A stretch of 64,000 bases of DNA, taken from IMG/VR virus record IMGVR_UViG_3300032893_002193, positions 1-64,000 of that record; one strand, 5' to 3'. Source of the DNA: a virus. A program made the translations under genes and the position numbers. Within the stretch, counting starts at the first letter, position 1, and every line of letters begins with the position of its first letter. The notes beneath the pieces were generated by a model. It was not told the origin of the DNA and did no database searches. It saw only the letters and a list, made by a program, of their open reading frames with translations. This document shows, one piece after another, positions 18,776 to 29,200 of this stretch.

Positions 18776-21680
18776 AATTGCTCAAAATACCCTTCTTGAT
18801 GAGGCTCTTAATAGGCTATTAGATAGCTATCATAAACAATTATCTTTATTTCAAAAGGGATATGGGGGCAGACCGGCTCAAGAAAATATAGAACCTCCAA
18901 AAAAAGAACCGGAACCATATAAATTAGAATATCCAGAACTTTCACAAGAGCAGCTTAAAAGCAGAAAATTAACAACAGAAGAAATTGAGGAAAGTCAGAA
19001 AGAATTAGAAGAAATTAAAGATAGAAAATATTGGGAATTTGAAAGAAAAAAAGAAATAGAAGAACAATTAGAATTAAACAAAAGATTAGGTGTAGAAGAA
19101 ATTATTAAGAAAGAAATAATAAAAAAATATAATGAATTAAGAAATAAAAGCATAGAGTTTTATAAAGCCTATCAAGAAGCAAACGATCTGTGCGAAGAAG
19201 CCCCAGTAATTGACATTAATTTTGATACTGCAACATATATAGAAGTTTTTAAAACGCTTCCCGATGTAATAGAAACGGCTGCCAAAAATAATATAGGTTA
19301 TTTATTTGGATTAATTAAAAGCCAAACAAGATCTGGAAGATATGGCGGAGGGTTTCCTAACGATAGATATAGGCTTGATAAATTAGTAAATTTTATTAAT
19401 AAAGAAAAACTGAATATTTTTAATATTACTCCGGCTAATTTTAAAGATACGATTGATAAGATGTCTCAAATCATATCTATAATGGATGGAATATTATTAG
19501 AATACAATAAAAGGAAAAAATTATTATTATATTTAAAAAAGAATGTAAAACAAAACATTGATAATTTTTTGTCTGATCCAGAAACAATTAAATTTTTATC
19601 TTGGATGGATGAATATTATAAGGATGAAAAACAAGAGATATTTGAAACCTATTTAAATAAATTTTCTTCTGGGGACACAGATGTTATTCTAAATTTAAAA
19701 ACATATAAATCTATCTACGAATCCATATCTAATAAATTTAAATATTCTCTTAAAGATCTAAGAGAAGAGAAAGAGTATGAGATAGAAAAAGTTATATTTG
19801 AAGAATTAGAATTAATAACCAATGAGTATTTAAAACATCTTCGATCAAATATACTTCCGATGTGTTCGGTTGACAATATCGATCCATTATTTAAATATTT
19901 GCAAAAAGAAAATATTATGGATTTAAAATCAATTTTTTATTTCATAAAAAATTGTGTTAATCGAGAAGTTTCTGATTTTTTAAAAGATAAGGATAATGAG
20001 AAAAAACAAGCAAGAATAAAAGAAGTAATTGATGACTTTATACTTCACTTTATTAATGATATTTCGAAAAAAAAATTAAGTTTATATAAAAATACCCTTG
20101 TTTTATTGCTTCCTAAAAACATATCATTAATCGATCTTGCTTCAAAAATGACAAAAAAAGATATTTATGAAATGAGTAAGAAAGTAATTAGAGAATTTGT
20201 CTTAAAGTGTATACCGAGAATGGAGACTGGACATGGCTTTTCCTTGGAGGCAGATTACACCGGATACTTACCACCAATATCTGCTATAAATAATCTTTTA
20301 AATAATACTGGAAAAATTTCTATAGAAGCTATTACCAATCATTGTTTAGAAAAAAATCCAAGTATACCAAGAGATTTTTGCGCCGCTCTTGTTAAAAATA
20401 TTATTAATAGTGGTAGAAATTTAGAAATTTTAGAAAAAATGGGCAACTATGAAGAGCCTGGTTTTAAATTTATATTAGAGTTTCTTAAAAAAAATAATAA
20501 ATATGATACTAATAATTTTATTAACTTTGTCATAAATAATGGTTCTAAAGCTAATTATTTATTATATAGTATTGTTAGAGAAATGGGATTAAGTTATGAT
20601 GAGGCGGTTGAAGTGGCTGTCTCCGGCATCAGAAAAATAGAAACTTTTGATAAAGATCAGTCAAATTTAATTGATGCCGTTCGAGAATTACACAATTCTG
20701 TTAGCGGTGTTGGAACAAAAGCAATAATTAATATATTGAAAAATAGAAATTTTAATAATTTTAATAACACCGGAATAGTAAAAAAATTAATTATTGCATA
20801 TGCTCAACTTATGAAAGAGGGGGGGATAAAAGGAATTGAACAAAAATTCGGATCGTTATTATTAGAGTTTAAGCGAAGAGGATATATTAGCAAAGATTTT
20901 TCTAAAAATGCTAAATTAATTCAAAAATTTTTCGAATCAAATGAAGTAATTAATCCATCAAGCACATTATTTTCAGAAATTTTTCAGGCGACAACCAAAT
21001 TTGAAACAGATTTATCATTTTTACAAATGGGTGATGCTTTAATTGAATTAACCAAAGATTATCAGGTTAAAGATAAAAATTTATTTAAATTAAATCATTC
21101 TATGTCAGATAATTTAAGATTTTCCGTATTAAAAGATAAAGATCCAAGAATTTTAAGGGTAGGAATAGAAACCAATTGTTGTCAGCGAATTGGTGGTGTT
21201 GGCGAAGCTGCAGCCAGAGACTCCTTTATGAACCCGCTTTCTAGCGTTTTAATATTAGAGTGGAAGGATAACGAGGGCAAATGGAGAATATTGACTCAAA
21301 GCTATTTTCATTATGTGCCAAAAGATAATGGATTTATTCTTGATAACATTGAATATAATCGAGAAAATGTTCGAGAAAGCGGTGTAGATTTAGATAGGAT
21401 TTATGCCGAATATGCAAATTCAATGAAAGATAAATTAAAATTATCTTATTTTTTGGCAGGAAAGGGATATTCAAAAATAAATCCTGACAATTTTAAAACA
21501 TATGTAATTACCGGAGGAGATCCGAGATATTTTGATCCAAGGGCGACAAAAAATAATGAATATACTGATTTTAACCCCAGAGGCTCCATAGATTTGCTTT
21601 CTCCTAAATTTGAAATTAAAAAGAAAGCATTTATTCAAAATTTAAGAATGGTGATTTTTGGCGCCCCGATTTTCACTTAA
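18765..21680 (+). CDS. Large Lys/Glu-rich helical hypothetical protein (possible internal head or ejected protein)
   Basis: 971 aa, very A-rich and charged. The C-terminal globular domain looks conserved (VGIETNCCQRIGGVGE, ILDNIE). N-terminal MKIKIAQ. Confidence 0.75.
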   Translation: MKIKIAQNTLLDEALNRLLDSYHKQLSLFQKGYGGRPAQENIEPPKKEPEPYKLEYPELSQEQLKSRKLTTEEIEESQKELEEIKDRKYWEFERKKEIEEQLELNKRLGVEEIIKKEIIKKYNELRNKSIEFYKAYQEANDLCEEAPVIDINFDTATYIEVFKTLPDVIETAAKNNIGYLFGLIKSQTRSGRYGGGFPNDRYRLDKLVNFINKEKLNIFNITPANFKDTIDKMSQIISIMDGILLEYNKRKKLLLYLKKNVKQNIDNFLSDPETIKFLSWMDEYYKDEKQEIFETYLNKFSSGDTDVILNLKTYKSIYESISNKFKYSLKDLREEKEYEIEKVIFEELELITNEYLKHLRSNILPMCSVDNIDPLFKYLQKENIMDLKSIFYFIKNCVNREVSDFLKDKDNEKKQARIKEVIDDFILHFINDISKKKLSLYKNTLVLLLPKNISLIDLASKMTKKDIYEMSKKVIREFVLKCIPRMETGHGFSLEADYTGYLPPISAINNLLNNTGKISIEAITNHCLEKNPSIPRDFCAALVKNIINSGRNLEILEKMGNYEEPGFKFILEFLKKNNKYDTNNFINFVINNGSKANYLLYSIVREMGLSYDEAVEVAVSGIRKIETFDKDQSNLIDAVRELHNSVSGVGTKAIINILKNRNFNNFNNTGIVKKLIIAYAQLMKEGGIKGIEQKFGSLLLEFKRRGYISKDFSKNAKLIQKFFESNEVINPSSTLFSEIFQATTKFETDLSFLQMGDALIELTKDYQVKDKNLFKLNHSMSDNLRFSVLKDKDPRILRVGIETNCCQRIGGVGEAAARDSFMNPLSSVLILEWKDNEGKWRILTQSYFHYVPKDNGFILDNIEYNRENVRESGVDLDRIYAEYANSMKDKLKLSYFLAGKGYSKINPDNFKTYVITGGDPRYFDPRATKNNEYTDFNPRGSIDLLSPKFEIKKKAFIQNLRMVIFGAPIFT

Positions 21681-21691
21681 TATTTCGGCAT
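21678..21691 (+). promoter_or_regulatory. Recurrent motif A (TAATATTTCGGCAT)
   Basis: Lies 23 nt before ATG 21701; no Shine-Dalgarno sequence in the 20-nt gap. Confidence 0.55.
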
Positions 21692-21700
21692 TTTTAAGTA

Positions 21701-23311
21701 ATGCCATATTATTTAAATAATACCAACGAAGGCTTAAAAAAAACAACAAGTCTTGGGGACGGATCCTCAATTAAACTTGATTGGTATTCTGCTTATCCCA
21801 GTAATAGATCTAATAAAATTGCCTATAATATATATGTTGATACAAATCCAATTACCTTTGAAGATAATTTTTTTAATAAAACGCCAGTATTTATTTCTGT
21901 CGGAGGGGCAACAAGCGCAACTATAACCGGATTAACTCCAGGCGTTTTGTATCATTTTGGTGTAAGGGCAGTAGAATATGATCCGAGCAGCGTAGATTTT
22001 AGCAAGCTTCCTCAACAAAATGGAATATATATTTATCCATCATCATTATTGAGATCGAGTATTACCGCTACCAGTTCTATAATACCACTTGCCGATGCAG
22101 AGTTTTTTCCTAATCACGGTGTTATAAAAATAGGGGTTGAATTAATTTATTATTCTTCTGTTGATTATGTTAATAATAATTTGTTGCTAAATAATCCTAC
22201 TATTCAAAGGGGATATAATGGCACAACTGCAACATTTCATACTACAGATGGATATGATGGATACACATACTGGGACCCATCTGTAATATTTTATCCAATT
22301 GATTCTGAAGAGCAAAATACGGTTGTCTTTGAATGTCAGAATAGGTTTGATGTTGGCAATTATTCTTTTACTTTAATTGACGGATATCATCAAAAAACAA
22401 AAGATATATTAAATACTGATTTATCTGGAAGTGATGCTGGGAATGTGAATTTTCCATCGTATGATTATAGCGGATATCATAGAACAGATCCGACGCTATT
22501 ATTCTCTGGAGCTTGTGTTGGTAGCTATATCGGCGGAGAGTATTATTGTGCAGACGGATATAGCGGCGTAGGTAGAAAGTTACGCGGACTCAATTTACAA
22601 AATATTAATGATCAAAGACAAGAGCAGTTATTATTGTTAACTGGAGAACCTTGTTGCATTATAAGAAGAAATTTTACAGGCATAACTTGTGATTGTTATA
22701 TTCCTGGACGAGAATATCCCGAAAGCAGGTGCGAAAGCTGCTTCGGCACAGGTCAGGTAGTGGGCTATATTCAGCTTTTTAATTTTGGACGACGAAGTGA
22801 TTTAAGGTTTTTAATTAGATTTAGTCCGGCAGACGATCAGGTTAAAATGTTAGATACCGGATTAGAGAGTGAATTAAATGTTTCTGCTTGGACCTTAACA
22901 TATCCATCAATACATTCTCGTGATGTTATTTGTAGATTCGATGAAAATGGCAACGATGAATTTAGATATGAAGTAATTTCTGTTAATAGAAATAAGATGA
23001 TGTTTAGTCTTTCTGGCGGACAACATATGAGTTTGCAAAGAATTAGAAAAACAGATCCTATTTATCAGGTTCCAGTTTTACGAGATGGTTCTGACTTTCC
23101 ACAATCTATTAATACTTCAGTTGGTTCTGCTATACCGGCAATTGCTCCACATATCCATGAAATAGTTATTAATGAAAAATATCCACAGTTACTTCCGCAG
23201 CTCACATCTGTAAATGCCGGTCATAACCACGCAATATCTTATGATAAAAATAGCGGAACAATAACCCTATTGCCAGAATTAGGACATTCGCATACTATTG
23301 TATATCCTTAA
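21701..23311 (+). CDS. Putative neck/head-closure protein with N-terminal fibronectin type III domain and Cys/His metal sites
   Basis: FN3 pattern (IKLDW, YNIY, ITGLTPGVLYHFGVRAV), CDC...CESCFGTG zinc motif, beta-barrel-like middle, and C-terminal HIH/HNH/HSH. The neck role is an inference. Confidence 0.6.
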   Translation: MPYYLNNTNEGLKKTTSLGDGSSIKLDWYSAYPSNRSNKIAYNIYVDTNPITFEDNFFNKTPVFISVGGATSATITGLTPGVLYHFGVRAVEYDPSSVDFSKLPQQNGIYIYPSSLLRSSITATSSIIPLADAEFFPNHGVIKIGVELIYYSSVDYVNNNLLLNNPTIQRGYNGTTATFHTTDGYDGYTYWDPSVIFYPIDSEEQNTVVFECQNRFDVGNYSFTLIDGYHQKTKDILNTDLSGSDAGNVNFPSYDYSGYHRTDPTLLFSGACVGSYIGGEYYCADGYSGVGRKLRGLNLQNINDQRQEQLLLLTGEPCCIIRRNFTGITCDCYIPGREYPESRCESCFGTGQVVGYIQLFNFGRRSDLRFLIRFSPADDQVKMLDTGLESELNVSAWTLTYPSIHSRDVICRFDENGNDEFRYEVISVNRNKMMFSLSGGQHMSLQRIRKTDPIYQVPVLRDGSDFPQSINTSVGSAIPAIAPHIHEIVINEKYPQLLPQLTSVNAGHNHAISYDKNSGTITLLPELGHSHTIVYP

Positions 23312-23320
23312 GGAGATTTT

Positions 23321-25786
23321 ATGTCGCTGAATTATAAACCCGGAGTAGGAAGAATAACAACAAATAGATATGATTTTCAAGATCATATTACAGGCGCTAA
23401 TTTTAGACATAATGCCAGCTCTATAGATATTATTCCGTCATTACAAATTTCTGGTATTAGCTACACTACAGTTTATGATTTTTTAAATGCAGCCAGCCAT
23501 GTAATATCATCGATGCCTTCATTGGTATATGTCAATGTTAAAGATTATGGTGCAGTTGGTAATGGTGTCGCAAATGATACCAGTGCTTTTAATTCGGCCT
23601 ATTTAGCACTATCTTCTTCAGGCGGAACTATGTATGTTCCTCCGGGTACATATTATATTTCTTCTTCACTGGCATTTACAAAACCAGTTCATATGATTTT
23701 AGATCATGCCAAATTGTCTTCTGTGGGTAGTGGTATTAATTATATAATTTCTACAACTAAAAATCTAAAAATTGTTGGAAATGATTTTTATAGCTGTGGA
23801 TTTTCTCCAGATACGGCAAAAACAGCTATTAAGTTAATTGATGGTTGGTTTAGCTCAGCTCCAGAAGGTGAGCCTTATGTTACTATAGATTCATGTGGTT
23901 TTAATTCGGGTTCAAATGTCATAGATTGTTCAACTGTATCGACATTTTCTGGCGGTCTTTTTAGAATTCATAATTGTTCGTTCTTTGAATCTGCGGGAAT
24001 TTGTATAGTATTGCCTAATAGCTTTTTTTACTCTAAAATAGATGATACTCAATTTGTTTCTTGTTATAGTATAGCAACTATAGGCTCTAATACAGAAACT
24101 ATTTTTTCACATTGCAGTATAGAAGGAAGTTCTTCGGCTCCGGGTATTACATTAAACGGCCCTCATCATTTAATGTTTGATAGATGTGAATTTTATGGAA
24201 GCGTTAATGATGCATATCCAGATTTATTAATTTCTGCCACATCTAATTTGTCAACCGGATGGACATATATAGAAAACTGTAAATTTGGAGGAGAAAGAGA
24301 ATATTGGTTGAATTCCTCTAGAAATAGAATTCAGGTATATAATGTTTCGTCTCCCTCTAATCTTGCTAACAGAATAGTAATAAAGAATAATGAATTTTTT
24401 GGACCAGCATTATTACAGTTAAATAGTATAGGAAGAAGTGCTGGTACAGCTACGGCTACAGTTCAATGTAATAGTACTGCCGGTCATGGTCTTCAGGCCG
24501 GAGATAAAATAGTAATAGTTCAGGTATCAAACGGAACTTTCTGCGGAGAGCACGTTGTGACTGCAGTTGGCGCTCCAGGAATTACCCAAACTGTTAGCTG
24601 GGCAGATAGCGGATCTTCTGTATCACAAAGCAATCTCGGTGGATACATAGGGGTTTTGTCAAATTCAGCTATAAGTCTAAAAAGCGGAATAGCTAATAGT
24701 ATTATTGAGGGAAATTATTTCTATAATTATGGATATGCTGTTGATGATTCTTTCGTAAATACGGCAGATGCTAGAGATGGTTCCGGTCAAAATATATGGA
24801 GAGACAATAGATTATTTGGACCAATAGGATTTAGATGCTATGATTTTACCAGTGGCGCCGGAAATTCTTTTCAAAGAGTCGAGTCAGAAACGACAAGCCC
24901 ACTTAGAAGTATTTCTAGCAACTCTCTAAAAAATGAAAGCAGACAAATTCAAAATAGACTTCCATATAGCGATGCATTTAATAGTTGGAGTAATGCGGGA
25001 ATTACCGTAACTACTGGACAATCAGATCCTTTCGGTGGAACTGCGGCCTGTAAATTAGCAAGAAGTGGCACAAATTCAGTATTTACCTCCTATCCATATA
25101 CAACAATCAATGAGGGTATTTATACTACTATAGATTTAACAAGCGTTGGAAATGTATTATATTTTAGATTTTGGGCAAAATCAGGGTCCGCAACCAGTAT
25201 GATGTTATTGGTAATAGATTCTGCCGGATATGCTAAAGAATCTACAAATATAAAACTGCATTCTACCTGGGAAGAATATGAATATCGAGTTCCAATTACC
25301 AGTTATACGGGTTCATTGACATTATTGCTTGTTCCTGGTGCCCTCGATGCACAGCTTGGCGATACATATATTTATCGTATTGGATGTCATGACTATCCAA
25401 ATCAGCCGGTAGTTTATGCCAATGGAACCGGTTATTCTATCGATACTACTACTGGTACCGTTTTAAATAGAAACGCGGTATTTAATGGTAAAATTAGTGT
25501 ACTTGGTGGACAATTTGATTCATTTAAGAGCGTTTCAACAAGCTATTCTATAGATAGTGGGCCTCAACTTGATAAACAAATTCAGGTTACCTCCGGCGTT
25601 ACTGTGACCCTTCCCAATCCACTAAATAATGCCGGAAGAGTGTTAGAGATTTGGGCAACTTCAGCGGCTGCTACCTTGGCCAGATATGGGTCTGAACATA
25701 TCAATGGAGCCTCTTCTAATCTTACATTAACTCAATATAAAGTATATGAAGTTAGGTGTAATGGAACAGACTGGTTTACGAATTAA
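23321..25786 (+). CDS. Tailspike/depolymerase-like parallel beta-helix protein (pectate-lyase-3 type) with carbohydrate-binding-like C-terminal domain
   Basis: VNVKDYGAVGNGVANDTSAF and MYVPPGTYYI, repeated I-x-x-C-x-F rungs, CBM-like FRFWAKSG...WEEY; AAGGAG RBS. Confidence 0.8.
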   Translation: MSLNYKPGVGRITTNRYDFQDHITGANFRHNASSIDIIPSLQISGISYTTVYDFLNAASHVISSMPSLVYVNVKDYGAVGNGVANDTSAFNSAYLALSSSGGTMYVPPGTYYISSSLAFTKPVHMILDHAKLSSVGSGINYIISTTKNLKIVGNDFYSCGFSPDTAKTAIKLIDGWFSSAPEGEPYVTIDSCGFNSGSNVIDCSTVSTFSGGLFRIHNCSFFESAGICIVLPNSFFYSKIDDTQFVSCYSIATIGSNTETIFSHCSIEGSSSAPGITLNGPHHLMFDRCEFYGSVNDAYPDLLISATSNLSTGWTYIENCKFGGEREYWLNSSRNRIQVYNVSSPSNLANRIVIKNNEFFGPALLQLNSIGRSAGTATATVQCNSTAGHGLQAGDKIVIVQVSNGTFCGEHVVTAVGAPGITQTVSWADSGSSVSQSNLGGYIGVLSNSAISLKSGIANSIIEGNYFYNYGYAVDDSFVNTADARDGSGQNIWRDNRLFGPIGFRCYDFTSGAGNSFQRVESETTSPLRSISSNSLKNESRQIQNRLPYSDAFNSWSNAGITVTTGQSDPFGGTAACKLARSGTNSVFTSYPYTTINEGIYTTIDLTSVGNVLYFRFWAKSGSATSMMLLVIDSAGYAKESTNIKLHSTWEEYEYRVPITSYTGSLTLLLVPGALDAQLGDTYIYRIGCHDYPNQPVVYANGTGYSIDTTTGTVLNRNAVFNGKISVLGGQFDSFKSVSTSYSIDSGPQLDKQIQVTSGVTVTLPNPLNNAGRVLEIWATSAAATLARYGSEHINGASSNLTLTQYKVYEVRCNGTDWFTN

Positions 25787-25845
25787 TATTCGCTCATAAA
25801 TTAGCTTATCTTGAGCATATATTTGCATATCTTAAGAGGTGCAAG

Positions 25846-26235
25846 ATGGATAACGCATTATCTGCTTTACTGAGCACGGAATTTATCTTCTTTTGTTTAA
25901 TGATTTCTGGTGTCACTTATGTTTTGAGAGTAGTGGTAGAATATTTTTCTCCAAAACTATATAACTCAAAAGCTTGGAATGATTTGATTATGCCCATTAT
26001 GCCAATTCTATTAGGCGCTACTGTTGGGGTTTTTGCAAAATTATATCCATATCCTACTGGAGTTGGCAGCGCCCTGTCTTCTCGGGTTATATTTGGTTTT
26101 GCCGGTGGATTACTCGGATCTCAAATTTATCGTTTTATAAAGACTGCAATTAATTTGAGAATAGGAACAAAAGATGATTGCGATAATGATGAACGGCCGG
26201 CTCCATTACATCCTCCGTCTCCTCCAAATCCTTAA
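25846..26235 (+). CDS. Holin-like membrane protein (3 predicted TM helices)
   Basis: Three hydrophobic segments followed by a charged and Pro-rich C-tail; GAGGTG RBS. Confidence 0.6.
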   Translation: MDNALSALLSTEFIFFCLMISGVTYVLRVVVEYFSPKLYNSKAWNDLIMPIMPILLGATVGVFAKLYPYPTGVGSALSSRVIFGFAGGLLGSQIYRFIKTAINLRIGTKDDCDNDERPAPLHPPSPPNP

Positions 26236-26289
26236 TAGCGATAAAAACGCATTAATATGTAAATAAAAAGATGCCTTCCAAGGAAGAGA

Positions 26290-29200
26290 ATGACTAATTT
26301 TCCAACAAATATAGATGACGATACAACACTATATCCTGTTTTTGACAATATTACAGAAATAGGTGGAACTGCGATAAATCAACTTCGTTCTGCTATATTT
26401 GCAATAGAGAATAATATAGGTTTGGTGGCAAATGGCTCTACTGCCTCAATAGCGTCGAGGTTAAATGTATCAATAAATGCTGATGGAAGCTTAAAGGCAT
26501 CTGCTTTAACTGCCGCTGGACTTGTATCACTTCCAATTTTTGACTTTCAGATCTCGGCAAATGCTCAAATTCAAGAAAGCAAGATTAAACTAAATTATAC
26601 TACACAATATTTAAAGAATTTAATCGATCTTTTAAACAGCAGCGTACAAGTATTAGATAATTGGTTATCGGTTACCGGAGTCAAGGTAGAGCCACATATT
26701 GCTGGAACTAATTATAGACATAAATTAAGTCATATCGATGTTGATAATCCTCCTGGCGCCTATAAAAATGCACCAATAGCTAACTTACCAACATCAGGCA
26801 CATCTGTTGTTTCAAGAAATATTTTTAATGCAGATACTTTAGTTAAAGATATTAATGATGATTTGGTTGTTCATGAAAAATCAGACGGAACACAAAATAT
26901 AACCGTAACTTCGGGTGGAACAATACCCCCTATTAACTACGCCCACATGGCAGCCGGTGTATTTATAGATACATCGAGATTTTCAACAATTCCAACAACT
27001 ATTAATGATGCCCAACAATTTGCTAATTTCGTAGATAATTCAAGTCTTCTATTATTAGGCGGAAGAACACAGACTTTATTTTCTAACGGTATATCAAGAT
27101 CTTCAAGATCATCTGTTTTATGGAGTGATATAGGCGGACAACAAATAGTATCTCCAACTCCATGCACGGCTTATTTGCTTTTCTCTGGAAGTAATAATCC
27201 AGTAGATGATATTTCTCACGGGGATGATATAATTTTATTCAATCCACCGTCATCTGTCTTAAGCAACAGTGTATTTGATGCACAGTTTGCCTTGGTGAAA
27301 CCTGGAGATATTATAGTAATAAATTATAATAATGGAACCCCACAAGTTTCGTTCACTATTGATGGCACAAGAGCAATAATAAATGGAAGCTCCAGAACAT
27401 ATGAAGTGAGAATAAATGGTAAAAATATTTATTCTTCAAGTACCGCCACAGCAAGTATATATAAGACCTTCTATAATGAAAATAAATATGGTGAACTTGC
27501 ATTAGGAGTTGCCCATAATTTTTTTGGCGTACAAGACACTCTCATTGCAGGACAGCCCAGAAGCGCAAGTGCTCTTGGATTAGGGTTTAGTCCAGATCAA
27601 ATAGATTCTACTCACTATAATTTATATCTAATGTTTTATCCTACCGGAAATCCATTAGATGCTGCTGTAGCACTGCCTCCAATTGATATCACTGGAAACC
27701 AAGGAATTACTCCTGGACAATATACACTTGATTCACTAATCGCGGCAACAAATAAGGCATTTAGACAGCCAGGATATAACTATAGATTTATGGCATTCTC
27801 ATATAAGGGAGAATTTGGCATTATGTTAGCCGATCCCTACAATGATGCCAGTTTCTCAATTATAAGCGGCGTGGTTAATTCTACCGGTTCATATGACAGC
27901 AGCTCATTATTAAGCTATCCTAATAACATTGTAGATAACTATAACAATATAGATCCTCTTGGATTTGGATTAAATGGAGCTGTAATTGCATCTCCTCCCT
28001 ACTCGTCTTCATATACTAATCCAATAGCAGCCCAGGTTCCTACTCTATTTTTTGCACCGTTAAAAAGAAAATATTATTATGTCAATGGTGCTGAAAGAGA
28101 AAGATTTAATCAGGAAGTATTTACGATTTTAGATGGATATGGAGATGGTTATTGGATAGCCTCAATAACAAATCAACAATCTTTTGGAAGCAGAATAGAA
28201 ACAACTTATACTGTAAATCTAGATCTTTCAACTTCATCACTAAAAGTTGGTAAGACATTAGTTGTTCAGCCGGCAATTCCAGTTGGTAGTTCTGGATATA
28301 ATCAAAACGATTATGGTAGATTTATAATTGATAATGTGGTATTTAATAACTGTCCTGGGCCATCTCCAACTACTTTAATCACCGTTTATGATGCTGTGGC
28401 GGGTGTAGGAATATCTCCCGCCCCAGTATCTCCATTAGGAACTCAGGTATTAATATATTTCAATGATGATTCTGTTGCGTTTGATGCAGAAAATGTTTCG
28501 GATCCAAGTATATCTGCTTCGTTTAAGAGATATTTCGAGATATTAGGCAATCAATACGGAAGAGTATTCTCGCATGAAAGAGCCAGATTAAATCTTAGCG
28601 GATCAAATTTAACAGTTGATGCTACTAATGGTTTTATACTCTATAGTACTTCAGAAATGTCTTATGTTAACATATATGAAGTATCTCCAAAATTAAGAGG
28701 ATATAAGTCTTTAGTTTATAGTAAGATACACCTATTCTTAACAAGTTATGATGGGGCCAGCGGTGTATTTACTGGATATCTTTGCAAATACGATGGTTCT
28801 ACTTATTCTCATTTTGGAACTACTGTAACTGGCAAAAAGGGCGAGATAACAAGATTCTACGATGAATCTAATGTCGATTATATTGATGTTGTTTTTGATT
28901 TCTCTGATAGTATTAGCTCTTTTGTTAATAGAGGAATAGATATACAGCTCTTCCCGTCTTTGGCTCTAAATGAAGAAAAGATCTTTTTCGGAAGCTGTCA
29001 AGTAAATGATAGTTCGAAATCAGTAGATCATATAAGAGATGGAAGACAGTTTGGGAATACCAGCGAGAAACAATTATCTACTTCTGCAATAGATTTTATT
29101 AACTCAGCAAATAGATTAACCAGAGAAAACGGTCTTGTTGTTGGATTTGATGTACAAACTCCAAGCGGGGCACCATTAAATCAAATATTCTTAACAGGAG

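Noticed and set aside
25784-26256. Weak hairpins at 25792-25816 and 26233-26254 as intrinsic terminators
   Set aside because: The stems are short and imperfect and have no U-tract.
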